Shown: piece after piece, positions 27,921 to 35,443 of the stretch
How positions within the stretch are numbered: position 1 is the first letter of the stretch
How the letters are laid out: each line of letters begins with the position of its first letter
Source of the DNA: a virus
Taxonomy: Duplodnaviria; Caudoviricetes
Strand: one strand, 5' to 3'
Length of the DNA: 43,807 bases
IMG/VR virus record: IMGVR_UViG_3300032225_000976
Coordinates: 1 to 43,807 of that record
Position numbers and translations under genes: made by a program
Notes under the pieces: generated by a model
The model's database searches: none
What the model was told of the DNA's origin: nothing
Seen by the model: only the letters and a program-made list of their open reading frames with translations

Positions 27921-28319
27921 ATGGGAGAGTATTACCGAACGAACAAGGTCCACGGCGCGCGCGACTCGAAGAAGATGGACGCGCCGAAGGCGAAGCTGAC
28001 CGTCGAGAATGTCGGCAGTTACCTGAGCGCGGAAGCAAGCCTGCAATTGCGCGGTCCCGTCTCGGACGAGGTCTTCGAGCTGCGGAAGGCGCAATGCGTG
28101 GCGTGTCCATCGCGCGCGCTCTCGGACAACCTTCCCGACGAGATCGGCTACTGCAAGTCGTGCGGCTGCGGCGTGAGCGAGCGCGCACGCCTGACCGTCA
28201 AGCTGACGATGCCGAAGACCAAATGCCCGCTCGGCAAGTGGGGCGAGGCGGAGGGTCGTCGCCCCAGCACGATCGAGCAGGCGAAAGAATGGATCGCAAA
28301 GAAGATCCTAGGCGCTTGA
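27921..28319 (+). CDS. Cys-motif protein (CxxCP...CxxCGC...CPLGKW; DUF6171-like)
   Basis: CVACP, CKSCGC and KCPLGKW; AAGGAG RBS. Confidence 0.75.
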   Translation: MGEYYRTNKVHGARDSKKMDAPKAKLTVENVGSYLSAEASLQLRGPVSDEVFELRKAQCVACPSRALSDNLPDEIGYCKSCGCGVSERARLTVKLTMPKTKCPLGKWGEAEGRRPSTIEQAKEWIAKKILGA

Positions 28320-28344
28320 CACCATCAAACGAATCACATACAGT
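28316..28344 (+). promoter_or_regulatory. Sigma70-like promoter
   Basis: TTGACA-17 nt-TACAGT at the start of the recombination/replication module. Confidence 0.7.
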
Positions 28345-28359
28345 TCCGACCGAGCCACC

Positions 28360-28404
28360 ATGAACGCAGTACGGAACACCCCCCGCCTCTGTCACCGCCT
28401 GTAG
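28360..28404 (+). CDS. Possible 14-aa leader peptide MNAVRNTPRLCHRL
   Basis: GAGCCACC-ATG; runs over the 5' strand of the RNA stem. Confidence 0.3.
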   Translation: MNAVRNTPRLCHRL

Positions 28405-28462
28405 CCTCACGGCTGGGTGGCTCCTCGCTATGCGTTCCAGCGCGGTGACAGAGGCGTTTCCG
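28372..28462 (+). ncRNA. Candidate structured regulatory RNA (C4/CI-like architecture) carrying an anti-RBS segment
   Basis: Perfect 15-bp stem 28384-28398/28442-28456, inner hairpin agcc-tcac-ggct, single-stranded GGTGGCTCCT at 28416-28425. Confidence 0.6.
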
Positions 28463-28476
28463 AAGAGAGATCAGAC

Positions 28477-29292
28477 ATGTCGAAGGTAGAAATCGTCAGG
28501 GGAATGCCCGCAACGCAGTATCACTCGCTGCGCGCCGCATCGTCGTCTCGCCTCAAGGCGATCCTCCGCAGCCCGGCACACCTCAAGCACATGGACGAGA
28601 ACGGTCTGACCGCCGACGCGCTCGCTCTTGGCGAGGCTGTCCACACGGCGGTCCTCGAGCCTCACCGCTTCAAGGACGACTACGGCGTCGCTCCCCGCGT
28701 TGACAAGCGCACGAAGGAAGGCAAAGCGGCGTGGCAGATGTTCGTGGACGCGAACCCCACCGCCACGATCATCAACGAGGACGACTGGCTTCAGATCACG
28801 GGCATGGCTCGTGCGATCCAGTTGCACCCGTCCGCGATGGATCTCGTCAACGGTCGCACCGAGACCGAGGTCAGCCTGTTCTGGAATGAACTCGGGATGC
28901 GCTGCAAGGCGCGCCTCGACGGCTACAACCTCGACTCGCGCTGCCTGATCGACATCAAGACCACGCAGGACGCGAGCCGCGACGGCTTCTCGAAGTCGAT
29001 CGCCAACTTCGGATACCACATTCAGGCGGCGTGGTACATCGACGCGGCGCGCGCCGCCGGCTTCGATGTCGAGGGCATGGTCTTCGTCGCCGTCGAGAAG
29101 ACCGCGCCTTACGGCGTGGGCGTGTACCTGATCGACGACGCATCCGTCGATGAGGGTCGCCGCCAGCTTGCGCGTGCGCTCCCGCTCCTCGCAAACTGCG
29201 AGGCTACGAACACCTGGCCGTCCTACGACGATTCCGTCCAGACCATCTCGCTGCCCCGCTGGGCTGTGCGAGGAGAGGAGATGTCCCTTTGA
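28477..29292 (+). CDS. recE: RecE/exonuclease VIII-like PD-(D/E)XK nuclease (DUF3799)
   Basis: SSSRLK...GEAVHTAVLEP...CKARLD...IDIKTT...YHIQAAWY...FVAVEK; next to Bet. Confidence 0.88.
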   Translation: MSKVEIVRGMPATQYHSLRAASSSRLKAILRSPAHLKHMDENGLTADALALGEAVHTAVLEPHRFKDDYGVAPRVDKRTKEGKAAWQMFVDANPTATIINEDDWLQITGMARAIQLHPSAMDLVNGRTETEVSLFWNELGMRCKARLDGYNLDSRCLIDIKTTQDASRDGFSKSIANFGYHIQAAWYIDAARAAGFDVEGMVFVAVEKTAPYGVGVYLIDDASVDEGRRQLARALPLLANCEATNTWPSYDDSVQTISLPRWAVRGEEMSL

Positions 29293-29585
29293 GTGAATTC
29301 AAGGATCATTTCCGCGAAGCGAAATCGAACCTGATGAAGGGCTACATCAAGATCGACATCGATCAGGATTCCGAGCATGGGGATGTTCTGTACGCACACC
29401 TCAACACGGATTCCTTTGGAGTCGATGACGAACCACGCATTGAGCTGATGACGAGGGATCAGGATGACGCGGATGGATGCGATCGTGTTTGGATCGTGAG
29501 CGTGAGCATGTTGCGGAAACTTTGCGATGCCGTAGAGGCGCTCCATTCCGCAGCCAACATCAACTTCAAGAAGACGGGAGCCTGA
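29289..29585 (+). CDS. Hypothetical protein, 98 aa
   Basis: GAGGAG RBS; coupled TTG start. Confidence 0.65.
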   Translation: MSEFKDHFREAKSNLMKGYIKIDIDQDSEHGDVLYAHLNTDSFGVDDEPRIELMTRDQDDADGCDRVWIVSVSMLRKLCDAVEALHSAANINFKKTGA

Positions 29586-29586
29586 A

Positions 29587-29802
29587 ATGACGATTAAGAC
29601 GAAGATGGAGACTCTGAAGAACGCCGATTGGGACCAGCTTGAGAAGGATGTGGTCATTCGCATCAAGGCGCTTCGGGTGCTTGTTGCCAAGACGGATTCC
29701 GATGCCGTCAACGATGCGATTGCCAATGACCTGATTCTTCCGAACATCTCGCTTCTCGCCGAGTTCTGCGAAAGCATCGACATCGATGGAGGTGGCAATT
29801 GA
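29587..29802 (+). CDS. Hypothetical protein, 71 aa
   Basis: GGGAG RBS; operon context. Confidence 0.7.
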   Translation: MTIKTKMETLKNADWDQLEKDVVIRIKALRVLVAKTDSDAVNDAIANDLILPNISLLAEFCESIDIDGGGN

Positions 29803-30704
29803 GCCAACTCGCAACCATCAATCTCGACGACACCAAGGTCGCGCTGATCAGCCGCACCATCGCAAAGGGCTGCACGCCCGACGAACTCGAACTCTTCATC
29901 GCGATCTGCAAGCGGACGGGACTTGATCCCTTCGCCCGGCAGATCTACGCCATCCGCCGCTGGGACAGCCGCGAGCGCCGCGAGGTCATGCAGACGCAGG
30001 TCTCGATCGACGGTGCGCGCCTCGTGGCGCAGCGGTCGGGCGAGTACGCGGGGCAGGACGGTCCCCATTGGTGCGGCGAGGACGGCGTGTGGAAGGATGT
30101 GTGGCTGCAATCGAAGCCGCCCGTCGCCGCCCGCGTCGGCGTCGCCCGCCGTGGCTTCGTCGCCCCGCTCTACGCCGTGGCGCTGTTCTCCGAGTACGCC
30201 CAGCGCGGCAAGGAAGGGCAGTTGACGGGCATGTGGGGTCGGATGCCCGTGGTGATGATCGCCAAGTGCGCCGAGATGCTTGCCCTCCGCAAGGCGTTCC
30301 CCGCCGAGCTGTCGGGTCTCTACAGCGCCGAGGAGATGTCGCAGGCGGACAACACGCCCGCCGCTCCCTCGTTCCATGCCCTGCCGACCGCCCAGGAAGC
30401 CCCGCAGGGCGATCCTGAGATCGACAAGGCTGAGGAGGAGGCGATCCGCGCCGAGGCGGCAGAGCGAATTCCTGAGCCGAAGGCGGCGAAGACGCTGACC
30501 AAGGCGGAGGCGACTGGGCTGATGAAGGCTCTTGCCGCGAAGGCGATCCCGTTCGAGGATCTCGTCGCCGCCATGAACAAGGCTGGGCTTGCCGGCGGAC
30601 CCGAGGTGACCTCGTGGCCCGCCGAATGGAAGCCCCGCATCCAGTCGTGGCTGAAGGGTCAGAAGTCCCGAGCGCCCGAGGCGAGCGTGGACGAGACCGC
30701 CTGA
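29799..30704 (+). CDS. bet: Bet/RecT-family single-strand annealing recombinase
   Basis: [41 protein letters not shown] and [16 protein letters not shown]. Confidence 0.92.
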   Translation: MSQLATINLDDTKVALISRTIAKGCTPDELELFIAICKRTGLDPFARQIYAIRRWDSRERREVMQTQVSIDGARLVAQRSGEYAGQDGPHWCGEDGVWKDVWLQSKPPVAARVGVARRGFVAPLYAVALFSEYAQRGKEGQLTGMWGRMPVVMIAKCAEMLALRKAFPAELSGLYSAEEMSQADNTPAAPSFHALPTAQEAPQGDPEIDKAEEEAIRAEAAERIPEPKAAKTLTKAEATGLMKALAAKAIPFEDLVAAMNKAGLAGGPEVTSWPAEWKPRIQSWLKGQKSRAPEASVDETA

Positions 30705-30720
30705 AATATTTCTACCTCTG

Positions 30721-30753
30721 TGCGGTGTGGGGGGAAACCCCTGCACCGCATTT
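30721..30753 (+). terminator. GAAA-tetraloop hairpin, probable terminator after bet
   Basis: tgcggtgtggggg-gaaa-cccctgcaccgca followed by ttt. Confidence 0.65.
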
Positions 30754-30835
30754 CACCGTGAGTCCTGACGCCTACTGAAGATACAGAAGGCGATGTCAGA
30801 AACCCCATAAAAACATGGGTTCGCATCAAGGGATA

Positions 30836-30872
30836 TTGCCACTAATGGAAAAACTTCTACCATTAGTGGTAA
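30836..30872. promoter_or_regulatory. Inverted repeat (operator or origin) overlapping a putative promoter of the RepL-like gene
   Basis: ttgccactaatgg...ccattagtggtaa; TTGCCA-16-TACCAT lies inside it; AAGGAG follows. Confidence 0.6.
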
Positions 30873-30882
30873 AGGAGCGGAC

Positions 30883-31308
30883 ATGCGAAAGCAGATCGTC
30901 AATCTCGATGCCAGCACAGGGCAGATTATGGACGGCATCGTCGCCTACATTCAGCCGAGGCGACAGAACGCTTTTGAAGGATGGGTAGCCGTGGCACAGA
31001 CCGCATTGCAAGAACTGGCGAAAAGCCATCTGACTGGGACCGACTTCCGCGTACTCATGGCGTGCCTCGCGCGTCTTGAGTGGAAGAACATGCTTCCGAT
31101 GCACCAGACCGCGATGGCGCAAGAACTTTCACTTTCTCCAAGCCATTTCAATCGGAGCTTGAAGAAACTGATTGACTTCGGAGTCATTGAGAAGCAAGTT
31201 GACTCTGGCGTTCGTCTGTATAGACTGAACCCGCACTTCGGATGGAAGGGCAGCGCCAAGCATCATCGCGAGGCTGTGTCCGGCAGACTGAGGCTGCACC
31301 AACCCTGA
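30883..31308 (+). CDS. repL: RepL-like winged-helix plasmid replication protein
   Basis: STGQI, WVAVAQ, QTAMAQEL..SHFNRSLKKL HTH and YRLNPHFGWKGSAKHH; lower GC than the genome. Confidence 0.7.
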   Translation: MRKQIVNLDASTGQIMDGIVAYIQPRRQNAFEGWVAVAQTALQELAKSHLTGTDFRVLMACLARLEWKNMLPMHQTAMAQELSLSPSHFNRSLKKLIDFGVIEKQVDSGVRLYRLNPHFGWKGSAKHHREAVSGRLRLHQP

Positions 31309-31363
31309 TCTTTTCCCCCATGTCCCTGTCGTGCTAGTTGCGCGGCGGGGATTTTCTTTCGCC

Positions 31364-32086
31364 ATGACCGAACTAGCACTTACCAATGTCGAAGTGAACC
31401 GCCTCGAATCCCTCGAAGAGATGATCTCTCGTGGGGCCAAGGCGTTCTTCGAGGTAGGCATCGCCCTCACGGAGATCCGCGAGAGCAGGCTCTACCGCGC
31501 CCAGTACGACACCTTCGAGCAGTACTGCCTCGAACGGTGGAACTTCACCGCCGCACGCGGTCGCCAGCTCATGGGCGCAGTCGAGGCGATCGCATCGCTT
31601 CCCGACGAGATGCCGAAGCCGTCGAACTCCGCCCAGGCATCCGCGCTAGCCGGCGTACCTGAGGACAGGCGCACCGATGTCTGGAGCGAAGCCGTCCGCA
31701 TGGCTTCCGACGAGAACCGAGCGCCGACCGCGCGCGACATCAGGGAAATCGCGGAATCGCTCGAGGATTCCTCGGAAGTTGACGAATGGTCCGACGGCAT
31801 CTCGATCGGCGAGGCGAACATCAATGTCGTCAAGCCGATCGTGAAGCAGCTCATCGCCGTACTCAAGGAAGCGACGGATCTCGCCGATGGACTCTCGAAG
31901 ACCAGCGCGAAGGAATGGATGCTCACGGGAGGCTCGTCGCTGCTCAAGCACATCCGCGATGCGCGCGACCATGTGAACGCATCCAAGCCGGCGGGAATCT
32001 GCCCAGAGTGCAGCGGCAACGGATGCCGCAAGTGCTTCGACACGGGATGGCTCAACGCAACCCGTATGTCTATGCTGAAGAAATGA
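31364..32086 (+). CDS. DUF3102-like protein with C-terminal Zn finger
   Basis: FFEVGIALTEIRESRLYR..YDTFEQYC..RW motif; CPEC..GCRKC. Confidence 0.7.
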   Translation: MTELALTNVEVNRLESLEEMISRGAKAFFEVGIALTEIRESRLYRAQYDTFEQYCLERWNFTAARGRQLMGAVEAIASLPDEMPKPSNSAQASALAGVPEDRRTDVWSEAVRMASDENRAPTARDIREIAESLEDSSEVDEWSDGISIGEANINVVKPIVKQLIAVLKEATDLADGLSKTSAKEWMLTGGSSLLKHIRDARDHVNASKPAGICPECSGNGCRKCFDTGWLNATRMSMLKK

Positions 32087-32340
32087 ACACTCTGACGATC
32101 CTGGCGCGCGTACACGAACGCCTGTCCGTCATGTACGGGCATCCGATGCCGTATGAGATCGCGGAGATGAAGAGGATCATCGTCGTCGGTCTGTCGAGGG
32201 AACTCGCGGATGCCGACTTCGACCATATGTCGTCCCTGACATGCGAGACACCCGAGGAGGTGCAGCGCATGTGGAGGCAATGGCGGCACATGGCTGTCGA
32301 TGTCAGGAACTTTTGGATCAGGCTAGTCACCGAGCAATAG
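32083..32340 (+). CDS. Hypothetical protein, 85 aa
   Basis: ATGA coupling; fills the gap before the helicase. Confidence 0.65.
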   Translation: MNTLTILARVHERLSVMYGHPMPYEIAEMKRIIVVGLSRELADADFDHMSSLTCETPEEVQRMWRQWRHMAVDVRNFWIRLVTEQ

Positions 32341-32349
32341 GAGCCACCT

Positions 32350-34014
32350 ATGAAGCTGAGGCCGTATCAGGACGCGGCGGTGCAGGGCATCTGCGACCGA
32401 CTCCGCGAGAACCGTTCTACCGTCGCCGTGCTTGCCACGGGGCTTGGAAAGACCGTCATCTTCGCCAAGGCGATCGAGATGTCGTTGCAGATGCCAGGTC
32501 GCCGCGCCATCGTCCTCGCCCACCGCGAGGAGCTGATCACGCAGGCTGCGAAGAAGGTCGAGCAGGTCACGGGGCTGGGTGTCGCCATCGAGATGGCTGA
32601 CCTCCGCAGCATCGAGGACGGCTTCAGCCGACCGTCCGTGATCGTGTCGAGCATCCAGACGCAGAATGCCGGGCGAGGCGACTGGCGGCGGATGCATCGG
32701 TTCAGCAACAAGCACCCGTGGTTCGTGGTCGTGGACGAATGTCACCACGCCGTCAGTACATCGTACCGACAGGTCATCGACCACTACATGGCGCACCCGC
32801 AGTCGCGGATGCTCGGCGTGACCGCAACGCCAGACCGCCTCGACAGCAAGGCGCTCGGTCAGGTGTTCGACAGCGTGGCGTACCAGTTCGATGTATCCAA
32901 TGGGATACGCGAGGGCTGGCTCGTCCCCGTCAAGCAGCGGTTCGTCACCTGCGACCATCTCGACTTCAGCGCGGTCGGCAAGTGTGCCGGCGACTTCAAG
33001 CTGAACGACCTTGAGGAGGCGCTGGAGAAGTCGTTGCAGGAGATGGTCGTGCCGATGGTGCAGATCGTCGGCAAGCGCCGCACGCTCGTGTTCGCCGCGA
33101 CGGTGAAGCACGCCGAGCGCGTGTGCGAGATCCTCAACCGTCCCGGCATGAACACGGGAGTTGCGGCGATGGTCCACGGCGGCACGCCGAAGGAGATCCG
33201 CCGCGACATCTTCCGAGCCTACGGAGAGGGCAAGTACCAGTACCTCGTGAATGTCGCCGTCGCGACCGAGGGCTGGGACGATCCCGCGATGGACGGGCAG
33301 GGCGTGCAGGTCATCGCCATGATGCGACCGACGCAGAGCCGCGCGATGTACTGCCAGATGCTCGGGCGGGGAACGCGAACCCTTCCAGGCGTGATCGACG
33401 GCATCGACGACGCGCGCGAGCGCCTTGCCGCCATCGCGTCGAGCAACAAGAGCCACATCCTCGTGCTTGACTTCCTCGGCAACAGCGGTCGCCACACGCT
33501 CGTCCACGCGGGCGATGTGCTTGGCGGCGACATGTCCGAGCCGGCGAAGAAGCGGTACAAGAAGGAATCCGAGAAGAAGGGGGTTCCCGAGGAGATCGAT
33601 GTCCTCGCGGAGCTGGACCATGCCGAGATCGAGCAGAAGAAGGCGGAGGAGGCGAAGCGCCGCCTGCATGTCGTCGGCAAGGCGAAGTTCTCGTCGCAGG
33701 AGATCGACCCCTTTGAGGCGCTCGGCATCGTGCCGAAGAGCGTTCCCCATTGGCAGCGCCGCATCCCCGCGTCGGAGAAGCAGCGCGGGATGCTCGAACG
33801 CTCGGGGCTGAAGCTGCCGAAGGATCTCGACACGGGCCGCGCAAGCCAGTTGATCGAGGTGCTGATGTCGAAGGCGACCGACAAGCAGGCATGGGTGCTT
33901 CGCAAGGCTGGCATCGACCCAGCGGGTCTTGACCGCAAGAAGGCGAGCGCGGTGATCGACCTCATCAAGAAGGGCGATCGAGAAAGCGCAAGCAAGCTTG
34001 CAGCAACCCGTTGA
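32350..34014 (+). CDS. SF2 DExH helicase (ResIII/YejH-like)
   Basis: LRPYQ, ATGLGKT, DECHH, TATP and QMLGRGTR. Confidence 0.93.
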   Translation: MKLRPYQDAAVQGICDRLRENRSTVAVLATGLGKTVIFAKAIEMSLQMPGRRAIVLAHREELITQAAKKVEQVTGLGVAIEMADLRSIEDGFSRPSVIVSSIQTQNAGRGDWRRMHRFSNKHPWFVVVDECHHAVSTSYRQVIDHYMAHPQSRMLGVTATPDRLDSKALGQVFDSVAYQFDVSNGIREGWLVPVKQRFVTCDHLDFSAVGKCAGDFKLNDLEEALEKSLQEMVVPMVQIVGKRRTLVFAATVKHAERVCEILNRPGMNTGVAAMVHGGTPKEIRRDIFRAYGEGKYQYLVNVAVATEGWDDPAMDGQGVQVIAMMRPTQSRAMYCQMLGRGTRTLPGVIDGIDDARERLAAIASSNKSHILVLDFLGNSGRHTLVHAGDVLGGDMSEPAKKRYKKESEKKGVPEEIDVLAELDHAEIEQKKAEEAKRRLHVVGKAKFSSQEIDPFEALGIVPKSVPHWQRRIPASEKQRGMLERSGLKLPKDLDTGRASQLIEVLMSKATDKQAWVLRKAGIDPAGLDRKKASAVIDLIKKGDRESASKLAATR

Positions 34015-34039
34015 CGGCGTGCAGCACGACACATACAAT
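34011..34039 (+). promoter_or_regulatory. Sigma70-like promoter
   Basis: TTGACG-17 nt-TACAAT. Confidence 0.75.
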
Positions 34040-34058
34040 GCTCAAACAGGAGCGGACC

Positions 34059-34256
34059 ATGGCGAAGAAACTCGTTGCGAAGCGGAACTACACGGCGGTC
34101 ACCATCGATCTTGAGTCCTATGCGTTGCTCACTCGGATCGCCGACGAGGTGTCGAAGGAGTGGGGCTACCGCGTCAGCCGCAGCGACATCGTCCGCATGG
34201 GAATCACGGCGCTTCAGACGAGGCGCTTGCACACCAAGAAGGGAGCCACCAAATGA
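34059..34256 (+). CDS. Ribbon-helix-helix DNA-binding protein
   Basis: TAVTID-ESYALLTRIA-SRSDIVRMGI; AGGAG RBS. Confidence 0.7.
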   Translation: MAKKLVAKRNYTAVTIDLESYALLTRIADEVSKEWGYRVSRSDIVRMGITALQTRRLHTKKGATK

Positions 34257-34363
34257 GGAAAGAGTACGAGATCGACAGGATCGTTAGGAACCTGATCACG
34301 GCGATATGCGTGACCAGCGCGGTCGCATGTTTCCTTCTGGGCTACATCGTGGGGAGGTGGTGA
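34253..34363 (+). CDS. Small membrane protein, 36 aa
   Basis: GGGAGCCACC RBS, ATGA coupling, TM segment. Confidence 0.55.
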   Translation: MRKEYEIDRIVRNLITAICVTSAVACFLLGYIVGRW

Positions 34364-34450
34364 ATGGAGATGGCTCTGTTCATGTTCATCTGCGGCGTGA
34401 TGGCGACATCGTTGGCTTTCGCGATCTTCAAGGAAGGTGACGACGAATGA
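34364..34450 (+). CDS. Small membrane peptide, 28 aa (MEMALFMFICGVMATSLAFAIFKEGDDE)
   Basis: GGAGGT RBS; stop overlaps the next ATG. Confidence 0.5.
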   Translation: MEMALFMFICGVMATSLAFAIFKEGDDE

Positions 34451-34704
34451 CCGCCAATTCACCTGGCAGGAACCACCCGTGGCGCATGAAGGCGAAGCCT
34501 GTCGTGCCGGATGTGACGGGAATGAAGTTCACCGCGCCGCGAAAGCCGTCGATGACTTCGGTCATCCGCATGGGCCTGCGTTCGATCGCCGCCACCCATA
34601 CGCCGCGTGACAAGAACGAGCGCAGGGCGTTGCAATGGATCAACGAGACCTGCGATCACGCTGTGCGCGTGAAGGTCAAGGAGAAGATCAATGCCAAGCG
34701 ATGA
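34447..34704 (+). CDS. Hypothetical protein, 85 aa
   Basis: Coupled in operon; NHPWR motif. Confidence 0.65.
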   Translation: MTANSPGRNHPWRMKAKPVVPDVTGMKFTAPRKPSMTSVIRMGLRSIAATHTPRDKNERRALQWINETCDHAVRVKVKEKINAKR

Positions 34705-34969
34705 CATCGTGGCGCGGCTGCGTGCCCTTCTTTCCAAGTGCTGTATTGCTCCCGCTATGGGAGTTTGGTCGCGAGATTTGCGCGAAGCCGCCGACGAGAT
34801 CGAGAAGCTGCGCGAGCGGATCCTCGACCTTGAGGCGATGCAGAAAGGCTTGTATGCGGAAGTCGTCTACCTTCGCTCTGGTCTGAAGGACATCGCCGAC
34901 AACGAGTACAACGAGCCGCTGTCGGCTGAATTTGCACGGGATGTGCTGAAGGGACCACATGCCCAATAG
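34691..34969 (+). CDS. Hypothetical protein (DIVARLR...EAADEIEKLR type)
   Basis: Common small phage protein motif; AAGGAG RBS. Confidence 0.7.
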   Translation: MPSDDIVARLRALLSKCCIAPAMGVWSRDLREAADEIEKLRERILDLEAMQKGLYAEVVYLRSGLKDIADNEYNEPLSAEFARDVLKGPHAQ

Positions 34970-35156
34970 CGACGACATCGTCTACCTCCGCGCCCGCGTC
35001 TGTTCCCAGTCCGAGCAGGAGTTCGCCGGCAAGCAATGCACGCTCATCGAGCCTGTCAGCAAGTCGGGCGCAGCGATGCAGGGCGGCTGGGTGTTCTTCG
35101 TTCCGACCGAATGGCTGATCACCCTTGACGACATGAAGAAGGCGGTGAAGCGATGA
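34959..35156 (+). CDS. Hypothetical protein, 65 aa
   Basis: Operon coupling. Confidence 0.6.
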   Translation: MPNSDDIVYLRARVCSQSEQEFAGKQCTLIEPVSKSGAAMQGGWVFFVPTEWLITLDDMKKAVKR

Positions 35157-35443
35157 CCGTGGTTGAAGTCGAGCTGTCGAACGAGCCGAAGGCATTCGGA
35201 CTGGTCCGTGACGCGGTCCATGAGATCTCGGGTACTCCGAACGATCCCTACGGCGACAAGGAATGCCGCACGAGGACAATCATCACCGTTGACTCCGAGG
35301 ACCACAGGTCGGTGGTGATCTTCATGCATGTGTGGGACACCAATGCGTGCGAGTGGATCGAGTTCGCCTCGCAGGTCGTCTATTGCTACGAGCTGCGCGC
35401 CGCTCTCGATGCCGCCGTCCGAATGAAGGAGGCGAACGAATGA
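35153..35443 (+). CDS. Hypothetical protein, 96 aa
   Basis: ATGA coupling at both ends. Confidence 0.65.
   Translation: MTVVEVELSNEPKAFGLVRDAVHEISGTPNDPYGDKECRTRTIITVDSEDHRSVVIFMHVWDTNACEWIEFASQVVYCYELRAALDAAVRMKEANE

Noticed and set aside
28372-28462. tRNA gene
   Set aside because: It is branched but lacks a T-loop GTTCRA, a D-loop and a 7-bp acceptor stem with CCA. I found no tRNA in the window.
28417-28476. N-terminal extension of RecE from GTG 28417
   Set aside because: The GTG lies within the structured RNA and has no RBS; ATG 28477 fits the family better.
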